A DNA stretch of 64,000 bases from Octopus vulgaris. Lineage: Eukaryota. The stretch covers positions 110,732,001 through 110,796,000 of the forward strand of contig OX597820.1 in the NCBI GenBank assembly GCA_951406725.2, in the 5' to 3' direction. This document shows positions 42,282 to 56,039 of this stretch, in pieces. The notes below the pieces were generated by a model that worked only from the letters and a program-made list of their open reading frames with translations, searched no databases and was not told the origin of the DNA. Every line of letters starts with the position of its first letter. Position 1 is the stretch's first letter. Position numbers and translations under genes: made by a program.

Positions 42282-43121
42282 CAGGGTGCGGTTGGTAAAT
42301 TGTCGCCATATCATAATTTTCATTCCGCTCATGTGTGTTTGTCTTTGATTTTGTCGACTACACAGTACATTATGGTCAGTTGGGTCACCGTCTGTGAGAA
42401 AAACCACCGTGACGCAATGCTGTACTGCTTGGCATTCAGACCGGAAGCTCCAATACCAACATTTCAGAGTGTTTGGGTGTCAATTTGAGAATGTGTACCG
42501 AGAGTGATAAAAATCATACAGCCGGTCACTATCATGGTGTTTGGAGTTACCACTAGTGATGGCGACGCTACACCTCCATTCATCTTCCCACACGGCTTTA
42601 GACTCAACACGGTGGCCTATGTTAAGTGCCTGGTGGAGGTAGTGCTGCCCTGGGACAAGAGGGTCGCTGCTGGAAGAGCCTATTTCTGGCAACAGGACTC
42701 TGCGCCATTCCACACAAGCAGAAGAACCTAGTCGTGGCTGTCAGATAATTTCTGCGACCACATCACCCCTAATATCTGGCCAACTAACTCCCCAGATTGC
42801 AACCCCCTTGATTATTATATGTGGGACTCAGTTGAGTGAGAGACCAACAAAACACCTCGTTACACCAAAGTTGAACTGAAATGAAGGATTATGGCAGCAT
42901 TTACCAACTTAAACAAGGAGACCATCCAGAAGAGTTGCAGGAGATTCCGAAGTCGCCTGAAGGCCGTGGTTGAAGCCAGCGGCGATTTTATAGAATAAAT
43001 TTACTCTTTTGTATTTCAAGATATTCTTGTGTAATTTTGGTAAATATATCTGTTAAAATGAGATGTCACTATTGTTTTCATTTTTGCGTAATTTAGACGA
43101 CAGTTTATTCACCGCACCCTG
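42282..43121 (+). mobile_element. Tc1/mariner superfamily (maT-like) internally deleted element
   Basis: TIRs CAGGGTGCGG.../...CCGCACCCTG with TA flanks. MVFGVTTSDG, WQQDSAPFHTS, WPTNSPDCNPLDYY. Confidence 0.88.
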
Positions 43122-43336
43122 TATATATAATGTGTGCGTGTACGTATGTATATATATATATATATATATTGTAACGATTATTTGCCAACATTATGTGGCA
43201 GTGCTGGTTAGGATGAATGTTATTGTTATTTAGCCCCAGGAAAGTTTGTCTCCAGCTGGCTATATGACACTGTCTGTGTCCTTATATTTTCGAACAAGCG
43301 AATTCAGCATCCCCACTTAGCACAAAACAATATCTG

Positions 43337-43375
43337 TGTATCGCTATTTCTGGGTTATTTCTCTTCATCAGTACA
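43337..43375 (-). ncRNA. degenerate hammerhead-like motif
   Basis: TGTA-CTGATGA-AGAGAAATAACCCA-GAAA-TAGCGA-TACA. Stems II and III imperfect. Confidence 0.3.
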
Positions 43376-43503
43376 AAATAACTTCGGCTAGAGGTGGTGC
43401 TGCTAAATTCGTGTTCGAAATATATAGTTTTCAAAGTGACACGTTGTCACTGATCTAATAAAATAGAAAATTACTATTTGTAAATCAGTAACACCTTCAG
43501 TAA

Positions 43504-44942
43504 CAGATATGGCCAAAATTATGGGGCAGGTATGAAAAAATAGAGAATATGATTGAAACTCATTTATTTCATAATTGAAATAATAATAAAATTTTTTGAT
43601 GCGTCCTTCTTTTGCTTTTATAACCGTTTTTATGCGTTTTTTGCATGCTTGAGACTAAGTTGGCACAAATAGTTGGATCAATTTTCTGCCACTTCATGAA
43701 TTTTGCCTGTTAATTCGCTTTTTGAAGAACATTTGTGCGCCCTCACTCTTGCGCCTAAGTGTGACCACAAATGTTCAATCGGGTTGAAGTCTGGAGAGTG
43801 AGGGGACTATTCCATCAACCTCATCCTCAAACAAACCCATTGAAACTCTGGATGTGTGGCATGGAGCATTGTCTTGTTGGAAGATCATTGAAAATTTTAT
43901 CCAAGGAAGATTGATAAACTTGGTTTATCCCACTGGTGTAAGTGTTGGACTTCATTCTGCCCTCACAAGTGAACAACATTTTTGGGCCTGAAGATGACAT
44001 GCAACGCCAAACCATTACCCTACCACCTCCAAATCTGATTTTTTGGACAACTCATCTAGGATCATGAGCTTCCCCAACTCTTCGACCAACATAAACATCT
44101 GATCTTTTTGGTATTCAGTAAAAATGTGAACAAGCATAATAAATTCAAGTATGCCTAATAAATTGGTGGAAACTAGTATGGAGAACCTACTTCAAATTTG
44201 CCTTCATCAGACCAAACAACTTTAGCCCAATCATCATCAGTCCAATCTTCATGCTCTTATGCCCAAAACAATCACTTCTTTTTCACCCCAGACAACTACG
44301 GTTTCTATCTAGTCTTACATCGTTTGATCCAGCTTCTAATAACCTTCTTACTGTGTGACTTGATATCTCCTTGTTTTATTGCTCTCCGAAACTCAGCAGC
44401 TACATCAGAAGAGATTTTTTTCCTATCGGCCAGAGATGTCCTCTTCACAACCTGTCTCCCCTCGGGTTTGTACACATGTTGCGACCTTGAAAATCACGGT
44501 TTTTAAAAGAATTGATCTGATTGTACCTTTTGATGTTTGTTTGGACACAGTTTCTCGTGCATTTCAATTTTCTTGCAATACTGACTGGGGATAATCCTTC
44601 TCTGAATGATGCAATGATCTGAGTCCTTTGAGCTTCAGAAATCTGTTTCTTCGGAGACATTTTTAACAAAGATTAACCACTGGTAAGTTAACAATAAGAT
44701 ATTCACTGAAAAAAAATAGGTAAAAATGTTAGCATTGATTGGCAGAAAATCACCAGCCACTTATGCAAAATATGCAAAAACGCATCAAAGCGGTTATAAC
44801 AGCAAAAGGAAAACATGAAATACTAATTATTGGTGGGATATACTCAAGAATGTTTATTATATTGTTTTGAATTATTATGTGAATGAGTTTCATTCATATT
44901 CACTACTTTTTCATGCCTGCCGCATAATTTTGGCCAAGGCTG
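43504..44942 (-). mobile_element. Tc1 (DD34E) transposon relic
   Basis: Long TIRs CAG...GGCCAAAATTATG.GGCAGG.ATGAAAAA. HTH ISEAQRTQII...SIARKLKC, VVWSDE, SPDFNPIEHLW. Confidence 0.9.
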
Positions 44943-44950
44943 TATACATA

Positions 44951-44994
<44 letters not shown>

Positions 44995-45217
44995 AAATAA
45001 TGTGTATATTCAATGTGGAGTAAATAATTCAGGAGAAAATATTTGTGAAGATATTATTGACTGTTATTATCTAGTGTAACAATTAAAAATTATAATAACA
45101 GAATCAATAATATAAGTGATTGCAGCCCCCTCAAGAGCATTAAACAACTGAAGGATTAAAATTAATCAAAGGACATACTAAATATGTCCTTTGATTAATA
45201 TATAATGTACACACACA

Positions 45218-45287
<70 letters not shown>

Positions 45288-45309
45288 TATATATGTATAT
45301 GCTAGTAAT

Positions 45310-46035
45310 AAAAGCTAAAACGCACATGAATAAAATCATGTACCCAAACAGGGACCATAATTGTCTGAAAAATGTCGACGAGAAGTCTTAAGACTGACGT
45401 CAGTTTCAGCTGTTTCTGTTGCCATCATGAGTCAAGCCAGCTCAGTGTTCGGCTTTTTCCAGACATGTTTCTTTATTAGTATATATGTTTTTGTCTTCCA
45501 AAATAAATAGTTGATTTAGTGATTCGTTAATATGTATGAACGAAATTAATATAAACAGGAGGAGAATTATAATTGTCACTAAATGTGACTTAGGTGTTAA
45601 AAAACGCCTACATTGCTAGAAATAAGGGCTAAAATAATCTAATGTTGTAGTTAACGTATATGAATGAAAACATATACACTAACAGGGACCATAATTGTCC
45701 CTGCTATTTATATTAATTTTGTGTATACACATTAGCGAATTGCTAAATCAACCGTAAATTTGGATGATGAAAACATATAACCTAATAGAGAAACAAGTCC
45801 GGAAAAAGCTGAACGCCGAGCTGACTTAGCTGATGATAGCAACGGAAATTGCCAAAACTGATGTCAGTCTTAAGAATTCTCAGTCGGCATTTTTCGACAA
45901 ATTATGGTCCCCGTTAGTGTATATGTTTTCATTCATGTGCGTTAACAACAGCATTAGAGCATTTTAGCTCTTATTTTGGCAATGTATTTGTTTTTTAACA
46001 CCCTAGTCATATTTAGTGATAATTTTAATTCTTCT
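45310..46035. repeat. diverged fold-back repeat with two decayed hammerhead-like motifs
   Basis: 45320-45560 and 45570-45700 are reverse complements of 45705-46035. Motifs at 45399-45434 (-) and 45826-45862 (+). Confidence 0.7.
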
Positions 46036-46075
46036 TTTTTTGTGAAACTTTGCAACCTGCTGTTTATACTAATTT

Positions 46076-46136
<61 letters not shown>

Positions 46137-46139
<3 letters not shown>

Positions 46140-46420
46140 CTTGATCACCTTGACCGACCAGTCCGTCAAGCGTCCATTTGACACCGCTGGTCACAGCACG
46201 CTGTCCACTCCTCTCTGGGTCGCGCCTTTCTCATCCACGTGATCCCAATCGTCCTCCTGAAATCGTAACTCCACCGTCATGGAGGTCTTCCGGGTGGTCT
46301 TTTCCGCTCACGCGGGTAACACTCGACAGCTGCGTGCGTCCACCGATTATCAGTGAGCCGGGCGACGTGTCCAGCCCATCTATACTTGCTGCGTGTATAT
46401 ATATTCATGAACTCCTGAAT
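46137..46420 (-). mobile_element. RTE-like LINE 3' fragment
   Basis: KYRWAGHVARLTDNRWT...KRPPGRPP and short tandem-repeat tail (TCAAGGTGA)2. Confidence 0.8.
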
Positions 46421-47611
46421 ATATATATATATATATATATACATATATGCAATGAATAAAGTGGGAACGACTTTTGAAGAGGTTAATGTAATTAAAATGG
46501 CTAGGAAATCGCTTATAAAGTACAAAAATAAAATATGGGCTAGGAAAGATACTAGGGACTTTTTTGATATACCTATGGGAGCACCTGATTCTTCACAAGC
46601 TACGGATTTAGTAGGTATTTATCTTTTATCTGAACTCCAATTAGAAAATTTAAAAATAGAGGGTGGTTTATATAGGGATGACCTTCTACTAATTACTAAG
46701 AATTGTACTAATAGGAACCTAGAAGTATATAAGAAAAAACTTTATAGTTTCTTTAAAAGATATGGTTTAAGTATTACTATATATAATGAGATTTTTAATG
46801 TTAATTATTTAGATGTTAATTTTAATCTTATTACAGGTAAAACACAACCATATCATAAACTTAGATATATAATGTTAATAGTAATCACCCACCATCAATT
46901 AAAAAATCGTTGATTAATAATATAAGTAAACGTATATCATTACTTTCTTATGATTTAGAGATTTTTAATAAACATGCTCCTTATTACAATGAAGCCCTTA
47001 GAGAGGCAGGTTATAATAGTAATATTACATTTTTTATTAATAATAAAGATAAAACTATTAATAATAGAGATAAAAATATTAATGATAATTATAATAATTT
47101 TGTTAGTAATATTGGTAATAATCTTAGTAATTATAAAAATAAAAATAATATAAATAAAAATAAGAATAAAAATAAAAATAATAACTTTAATAATTCTTTA
47201 AATGTTAATTATAATTTTAAATTTAAATCTAATAATAATAAGAAATATGATAATAATAATGGTAACTATAATAATGATAGTTTTAATAATAATAATAAGA
47301 AAAATAAGAATAAAATTTGGTTAATAGTTCCTTATGGTGCTCAAGTTAAAACGAACATTATTAAAGAGATTTTAGATATTATTGAACTATTTATTCGAGA
47401 TAATCGTAAATATAAAAACATTTTCTCTAGTAATAATTTTGGAGTAGGTTGTTCGACCACTAATAGTGTAGGTAACATTATTTCTTCTTTTAACAAATTT
47501 AAACTGAATAATTTTTATAAAAATAAATTATATAATAATACCAATAATAAAAAAGATAAGACACTCATTAACTGTACATGTAGAGATAAAACTAAATGTA
47601 TAGTTACATTA

Positions 47612-48026
47612 CTCTTTACTCTTTTACTCTTTTACTTGTTTCAGTCATTTGACTGCGGCCATGCTGGAGCACCGCCTTTAATCGAGCAACTCGACCCCGG
47701 GACATATTCTTTTTGTAAGCCCAGTACTTATTCTATCGGTCTCTTTTGCCGAACCGCTAAGTGACGGGGACATAAACACACCAGCATCGGTTGTCAAGCA
47801 ATGCTAGGGGGATAAACACAGACACACAAACACACACACGCATATATATATATACATATATACGACGGGCTTCTTTCAGTTTCCATCTACCAAATCCACT
47901 CACAAGGCATTGGTCGGCCCGGGGCTATAGTAGAAGACACTTGCCCAAGATGCCACGCAGTGGGACTGAACCCGGAACCATGTGGTTGGTTAGCAAGCTA
48001 CTTACCACACAGCCACTCCTGCGCCT
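47612..48026 (-). mobile_element. SINE family A inserted into the PLE ORF
   Basis: Full SINE flanked by an 8-bp TSD TTACATTA (47604-47611, 48027-48034). Confidence 0.92.
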
Positions 48027-48037
48027 TTACATTATGA

Positions 48038-48074
<37 letters not shown>

Positions 48075-48352
48075 TCAAACGCGATGTATATAGGGTCCAC
48101 TTCCTCTAAAATAAAATTAAGAATCGCACAGCATATGCATTCATTTAAAAATAAAAACTTAATTAACTCCACTGGACTTAGCAAGTACATTTGGGGACTT
48201 AAATCCCAAAATATTAATTATGATTTATCATGGGAAATAATTAGTAAGGCTAAATCATATAGTATAAGAGGGCATTTTTGTTATTTATGTTCAAATGAGT
48301 TTAAGGAAATTTTATTTTATAAGCATGATAATTTAGTGAATACCTGGGATGA

Positions 48353-48565
48353 TGTAGAACTGAAAAAGAAGTCATTTCTACTCTTCTCCTCTGGAAGCCA
48401 TCTACTCGCAATACCAAAGGGCGCACACTCTCCTACCCTGATGTAATCTCCAGGGATACAGGCATCCAGCAACAGGACCTCCGTAATGCCATGATGGAAC
48501 GTGAAGTCTGGCGTGGCATGGTAAATTCCATTGTCTCGACCACGGTCGAACAATGATGATGATGA
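48353..48565 (+). mobile_element. LINE 3' tail with (ATG)n inserted into the PLE endonuclease C-terminus
   Basis: TSD TGGGATGA (48345-48352, 48566-48573). Removing it restores NTWDERKIKCRHK. Confidence 0.85.
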
Positions 48566-49262
48566 TGGGATGAGCGCAAAATAAAATGCAGACACAAGTT
48601 ACTTTACTTATAAAATAAATTTCTTGATAAATAATGAATATTTCTTAGCCTTAATTAGCTCCTTATTTGTTGATTTATGTAATAGTATTCTAAATATAGT
48701 AGGTGATTTATAGTACTTATTACACTAGTTTATTTTAGTTATTTAGGTTCTGTTTTTAATTATAGTTAGATTATATATAGTCGTTTATTTTATTAATAAA
48801 TATTTAATGGTTTATTGAATATAGAGTTTGGAAAGTTACAATTTTATTTATCTTATAATAAAGTTAAGTTTATATATTTTGTTATATTTCTGTTATAATT
48901 TTGTTAAATTATAATTTTGTTAAATTAATCTATTTGTATGTAATTTCTTTATATTTGAAATAGATTTATTTAGTTGTTTATTTAATCTATTTTATTTAAT
49001 ATAGAAGTATAGATTAGTGAGATTAAATATTTAGATTAAACTTAATGTTTACCTCTATTTTTGTATAGAAGTATGAATATAGACATTTATATACGTATTT
49101 ATTTATATGATATATGTGTTTGTGTGTGTATGTATATATATGTATAGGTTTATGTGCGTGTATATATATGTATATACATTTATTTAAGTGTGTGTGTGGG
49201 TATGTGTATATATTGAGTATTGTATGTATGTGTGTGTATGTGTGTATGTGTGTATGTGTGTA

Positions 49263-49311
<49 letters not shown>

Positions 49312-50784
49312 ATTTATATATATATGTATACGTATGTATAGTTATACCGCAAATTTTGATAAGTACTTTAGAGATTTCGGTTATGATCACTAATTTTAGC
49401 TTATAAGAGCATTGAGAAAGACTTTATAGTACGTTGAGGGGTTACTATAAAAACATTTTTTTATATATTTATTAGAGTATATTTATATATTTATTAGAGT
49501 ATATTTATTAGAGTATATTTAATAATTAGAGTATATTTAATAATTAGTGGTTTTTAATCATTTAAATTATTTAATTTATTCTGTATTAAGTATTATTTAT
49601 CATAGTTATTTTATTAATAAATCTTATAGTATATAGTGATTTTATTATTTATTTGTGACTTCATTCTATTTACACTTCTTGATAAACCATAAATGTTCCC
49701 ATTCACAATCTTCATTGATAAAGCGTATTTGTTTCTCACGCTTAATGAATTCTTCAACAATTTATTCTTTTTTTGCAAATAACGTAATTCCACGAGTATT
49801 CTTATAAACGCTGTAAAGACGTTTTCCGATTCAAAATTTTAGTTTATTACAAAACCTCGCTAAGATAAGTATTTATTTATATTTAAGATCTTTAAATTGT
49901 AAATTTTAATATTTTATAAGCCTTTGGTGTAATAATATTTTTCTTATGTAAATATCGTTGTTTATGTAATGATCTAATTATCGTAATTTTCTATATAATT
50001 ATTAGATATTAAATTTAAATTTATTCGTAAGATATTACTTAGCGATAGATATGTTGTTTGATAGTAAATATACGAGCTGTTTAAAGTTAGGTTTATGTAT
50101 ATACATGTATTAATAGCATTAATTGTAGTTTTAAATTTCTTATAATTAAAATTAGATAAACTTAAATAAACTTAGATATGTTTCGACCAAAGATTGGTCC
50201 AGGACATGTCTAACTTAATAGCATAACTTAGTTTTTGTCTTTTTAAATTGATATTTGCTAGTTTCATTCCCATTGATAAATATATTTATAGTATTTATAG
50301 TATTTATTCGATACTATATAACTACAAATTGATTATTTCTATAAGTATTTTAAATATAAGATTTCTGAAAGTTTGTTTAAGTTTGTTTGTATTTTTGAAA
50401 TTAGCTATTTCATCTTTAAATATGAAAAATTAATTTATTAGGTCTTTTTATATGTACATATATATTTATTTATAGAGATTATTTTAGATCTTAATTATAA
50501 TATTTATATAGATTTATATATTTTCATTGATAATTTATATATAATAGTCATTTTTAAAAAAAAATATTTATGTAATTAGATAGACTATTACCGATTATTG
50601 GTGGGTTTCTTACCTTAAAATTAAAATTAATATTTAACATTATAATCGATTTTGATATAATCATAATCGTTAAGTTTTAAGTTTCTAGTTTGATAATAGA
50701 GTTTATTATAAGTAAAATTATTATATTATTTATATCTTAAAAATATTGTTTAAATATTTCTGATTATTTTAAAAATATTTCAAT

Positions 50785-50880
50785 TAACCTGAAGATTGAC
50801 TGTAACCATAATTCGAATTATTAATTGAATTTAAATTATTGTTATTCGAATTGGTACAGCCATGAAACGATCGTAGTGTT
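50785..50880 (+). ncRNA. type I hammerhead motif with ~68-nt stem II hairpin
   Basis: AAC-CTGAAGA-TTGACTGTAACC..TTCGAAT...ATTCGAATTGGTACAGCCAT-GAAA-CGATCG-TA-GTGTT. Confidence 0.65.
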
Positions 50881-51165
50881 TTACTTTTTATCTTTTATTA
50901 AACTTTTAATACTTTTGATATTTATATTTAAAAAAAAATTAAATAATTAATAAATAAAATAATATATAAATATAAAAATATACATACATACACACATATA
51001 TATATATTTGTATATATATATATATATATATATTTAAAATTTATAAGTTTAAATTATTTAAATAATTTTTTAATTTAAAAATTTTATATTTTTAAAATAA
51101 TTTTATGTATAGGCTTATGTTTTTCACTGTTTGATTTGCCTAATAGTGGTTTTATCTCTAATTTA

Positions 51166-51234
<69 letters not shown>

Positions 51235-51241
51235 ATTATGC

Positions 51242-51279
<38 letters not shown>

Positions 51280-51287
51280 TATAAGTC

Positions 51288-51443
51288 ACAAGGGTGGCTG
51301 TGTGATAAGAAGCTTGCTTCCCAATCACATGGTTCCGGGTTCAGTCCCATTGTGTGGAACCTTGGACAAGTGTTTTCTACTATAGTCTTGGGCTGACCAA
51401 AGCCTTGTGAGTGGATATTGTAGACGGAAACCGTGAGAAGCTT

Positions 51444-51494
<51 letters not shown>

Positions 51495-51509
51495 GGGAAG
51501 CTTCTCACG

Positions 51510-51572
<63 letters not shown>

Positions 51573-51781
51573 TTGTGTGTCTGTTTGTCCACCCACCATC
51601 GCTTGACAACCGATGTTGGTGTGTTTACGTCACGTAACTTAGCGGTTTTGCAAAAGGGACCGATAGATTAAGAACTAGGATTACAAAGAATAGATTCTGG
51701 GATCAACTTGTTCGACTAAAGAGTGTGCTCCAGCATGGCTGCAGTCAAATGACTGAAACAAGTAAACGAATAAAAGAAAAG
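51288..51781 (+). mobile_element. SINE family A
   Basis: Head GGTGGCTGTGTGATAAG...GGTTCAGTCC, tail GACTGAAACAAGTAAA. Confidence 0.85.
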
Positions 51782-51824
51782 AATATATATGCATTATACA
51801 TATATATTACATACATGTTTACAT

Positions 51825-51900
<76 letters not shown>

Positions 51901-51913
51901 TGCATTATATATA

Positions 51914-52159
51914 CTAGCAGAATGACACCGCCCTCCAGGCAGTTTCCTGCTAGCCCCTTGATAATATTTTCACATTTGATTCCTTATTCTAATAATTTTA
52001 TATTTTACGTCTAATTATTTTATCACAGTAATAATCTCTCTTTTTTTAACAAGCAACATGGTAGTCCAACAACAGAGGGAGAAGCAGTTTGTCAAGTTTT
52101 ACTTTCTCCTCAAAGTAACACAGAGATTTCAATTCAGCAACCCTTTTCTAAGCTTTGCA

Positions 52160-52205
<46 letters not shown>

Positions 52206-52400
52206 GAAAGAGAGAGAAAGAGATAGAGTGAGAGAGAAAAAGAGAGAGAGAGAACATTGCAAACAATGAATGAAATAAACATGAAATGAAAATTTGTATA
52301 AATGAAAGGGCATTGCTGCAGATGTATATGCCCCTGAATTTGTTGTCTCATGACATCCAGAAAAATGGACAATTCTTAAAATTGTCTACAAATACCGCTT
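51914..52400 (-). mobile_element. Helitron-derived fragment
   Basis: A-CTAGCAG end like 13350. 52160-52310 matches 15540-15640. Distal boundary uncertain. Confidence 0.5.
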
Positions 52401-54149
52401 AGATGTTGTGACTTCAGAGTATATAGGGATTTATGAGAAAGAATTTTTCGGAGCTGGTCGAGAGAGGGGTTTTGGAAAATTCACACGATCTGACTTTTTT
52501 CCCTCATACTTTTCAGGAAGAAGGATATCTTTTAATGAAAATTTATACAAATCCCTTTCAAACAGCATAGATTACGATTATAAAAAAATTTGTGGGAAAA
52601 ATTTTTTCAAATATTTTCCTCATTTTTTTTTAAAACCATAGCCTTCGAAATGATGGGGAGGGGTGGGGGCATTTTTGATGAAAACGTTTTGTAAACTCTT
52701 TTTTTTACACCACCTCCCTCATCATTCCACTCTGGACCTATTTTGGCCAATTTTGTTCTGCACTTCAAAACCATGGGAAAAGCATTTTCAGTAAAATATT
52801 TTAAAAAAATTGTTAATATTTTTGAGTGATTTAAGGGCGACTTGACTATTGTTTCTAGCATATCCAAAGACAACCCTCCTTGTTTCTTTATCACTCTCAT
52901 ATGTATTGATGTTTTTCAATATTTCCCCCCATAAATATATTTATATGCTATAAAAAAGAAAATTTGAGAAATGAAATTTTTGCAACCCCACTTCCTGCCC
53001 ACAATTGTTTCTGTTTAGAAATTAAAATATTGGAGAGCCTGAGAAGGTCATTGCTGGCAGTTACCCACAGTGATTTAATAACAATTAAGGAGATGTACTT
53101 GCATAGTAAGTGACTTGATCTGAGATCGTGTGCTGAAACAAAAACAATTGCAGCGTAGATGTTTGTAAGCCATTCAAGAACACAAAGAAACTGTTAGTTT
53201 CACGGCACTACTTAAATACCGAGGTCCTGATGCATCTACGTAACGATATGAAGGAGAGGATTAGTTTTAGGGTTAGTTAGGGTTAGGGTGTCATTACATG
53301 TCCACACAGCGTACATTTATAATGTTTTGTACGTAACAACTGTATTTAAGTAGTACCAGTTGCACTTTAACATTTAAAAAAATCAATTGTGTCAAAATAT
53401 TTCTTCGCTTTGAAACCGCGACCTGTTTACTGACAAAACTTCGCAAAAGTTATGCAGCACGAAGTTTTGCCAGTGAACAGCAAACACACACATTGATCTT
53501 CATTTTTGTGTATGTGTATCTGTGTGCGCGAGTGTCACAGTTGAAGTCGCTCGTGCAACTTGTTTGTGTATATATTGGCTTCGTGGTACAGAGTGTTTTG
53601 AAATTGTGAATAAGGTGCAAGCTTCGAGTACTTGGCGGTAACTTTTTTTCTTCTCCCTGTCTTCTAATAGTAATTATCCAACTTTCTCGGCTCTTCTCAC
53701 AGCTATCCCGCGTTCAAAAATTATACAGGTATTTTAAAAATTTTCATTCAATAAATAAGAAATTACGTATACATTAATAGAATAGTAAAGAATATATTAC
53801 ATATACATTAAAAGAATAAACTATCGGTTTTCCAAATAGCGAATGAAAACTTAAAAGAGAAAGTGCGAGACTTTGCAAATGAGAATGAAATACTCTGCAG
53901 TGAATGCAATGAATGTCTAAATTTGTGACTTGAACACAGTGAATGCAATGAATATTTAAATTTGCAAGAAATTGGAGTTAAAAAATTCAAGGAACTTGAG
54001 AAATCGAAATTATTGGAAATTTCTTAGAACGTGAATTTATAGAAATATTTTAAGACGGTTAACCCTTTAATAATTGCATTCTTTTAGTACTTGTGGTAAT
54101 TGTTACATACCTAATCAATAAGCAGCTTGCTCCATTATAGTATAGATAC

Positions 54150-54200
<51 letters not shown>

Positions 54201-54201
54201 G

Positions 54202-55448
54202 CAGGGTGTCTCCCCAAAATGTATACACACTTTAGCAGCTGATAACTCAATTGATTTTTTTTCCAGATGAAACTCATTGGAATTAATGATAGCAGTCAGC
54301 CTAAGCTTTGAGCAAAGGAAATTCATTCTAAAATACTACTGGAAGTGTGAAAACGCAGTTGAAGTGCAAAGACAGTTTAGGAGGTAGTTTCAAATAGATC
54401 CACCAATGCGACTTGCCATCACTCGAATTAGAGATAAGCTTGAAGCCGATGGAACCGTTCAGAATGTCTGCAAGAAGCGTCCCGGAAGACCACGAACATC
54501 GACAACCCCAACAAAGCAAGAAGGAGTGCTGGAAACGTATCACCAAAGTCCAAGAAAATATGTGCGGCAAGCTAGTCATGGGGTAGGTATTTCAAAATCA
54601 TCTGTCCAACGCATTTTGAAGCGTTGTCAATGGAAAAGTTACGTTTCAAAATTAGTCCATGCTATTAATGTCGAAGATCCAGACCGAAAGTGCAGTATCG
54701 CGAGTGGTTCTTGGCACGATGTGTAGAAGATGCACACTTTCCAACAAAGATTGTGTGGAGTGATGAGGCCACATTCGAATTAAATGGTTCAATTAACCAC
54801 CACAATTGCACCTACTGGGGACCTGAGAATCCGCATGTTATGGTGAAACACTATGTTAATTTACCAGGAGTTACAGTGTGGTGTGGCTTATAATCAAGAG
54901 GATTAATTGGACCATTCTTTTTCGACGCCACTGTGACTGGTCCCGTTTACTTGAACATGATGCAACAGTCTGTCATACCAAGCATTAGAGAAGACTTTGA
55001 AGATGGGGAGTTTTATTTTCAGCAAGCTGGGACACCCCCACATCACCATCACTATGTTAGATACTTCCTTGATGAGATTTTGTCAAACAGGTGAATTGGA
55101 CGAAGCGATTTCGCTGAATACCCTCTGCATTCACCAGACTTCACACCACTAGACTTTTTTTATGGGGATACCTAAAAGACAAAGTCTACGCTATGAAACC
55201 TGTCACTGATTTGAGAGCAGCCATAGAACGAGAATGCACACAAATACCAAACGAATTCTTTCGTGATGTTTTCGAATCCACTGCTTCGCGTTGTCAGCAG
55301 TGCCTGAACCAGGACGGACGTTAGTTTGAAAACAGGCGTTGAAAAAACAATAAAACAATGTCTGTAAATTCTATTAAATTTTGAAAATGAAAGGTATTTT
55401 AATAAACACTACAATTATTTAAAGTGCGTATGCATTGTTTTGGACACC

Positions 55449-55451
<3 letters not shown>
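54202..55451 (+). mobile_element. Tc1/mariner superfamily (rosa/DD41D-like) transposon relic
   Basis: TIRs CAGGGTGTC.../...[64 protein letters not shown]. Confidence 0.9.
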
Positions 55452-55493
<42 letters not shown>

Positions 55494-56039
55494 TACACAC
55501 ATATATATATACACACACATTATATACATATATAAGCGTGCACACACACGCACACACATATATAAAGCAAATATGTAACAAGAATGTCCAGGTATCAATG
55601 CATTACGCCCATTTCAATCGGCTTCATTTAATCGATCAATGAAAAAATTACATCAAATTGAAATAAACCGCTCTCCTTGGGTGCATACGGCCATATAGAT
55701 TTTCAACATACAGGATACACCATTATAATTTCTTAGCAAATTTTTCCTCAGTACTAGAGACCAAAATAATTAAATTCCTTCTCTTTGCTATTTTTGTGGC
55801 AGAATGAATTTAGGGAAAAATACTTAAAGCCTCTTATAATTTTGAGTGGCAGAAGACAATAATGAGGGTGAAGAAAGAGGAATGGTGATAGAGTTACATT
55901 CATCTTTAGCCTTTTCACTGCAGCATGTAGTCTACAACCTCTTAGAATTAAATCCAATGAGAATTAACGGTTAAGTTCTTGTTGTTGTTGGTAAATTAAT
56001 TAATGTCAGATAATGTCCTCTACCCCTATTTTATTAGGA

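Larger units (their letters stand above)
46450..51170 (+). mobile_element. very AT-rich Penelope-like element (YRDD-type RT, tentatively Naiad/Chlamys-like) with long 3' region
   Basis: FDIPMGAPDS...DLVGIYLL, GLYRDDLL, VNYLDVNFNL, SKRISLLS, NCTCR...C, YIGSTSSKIKLRIAQH, STGLSKYIW, CYLC.NE, KCRH. Asn-rich linker, hammerhead near the 3' end, terminates in (TA)n. Confidence 0.88.

Noticed and set aside
47590-48045. In-frame TGA after removing the SINE (CIVTL-stop), considered as possible selenocysteine since some PLEs are reported to use UGA
   Set aside because: The TGA is not at a conserved Cys, is followed by TAA codons, and the downstream YIG is in another frame. Decay explains it, and I identified no SECIS.
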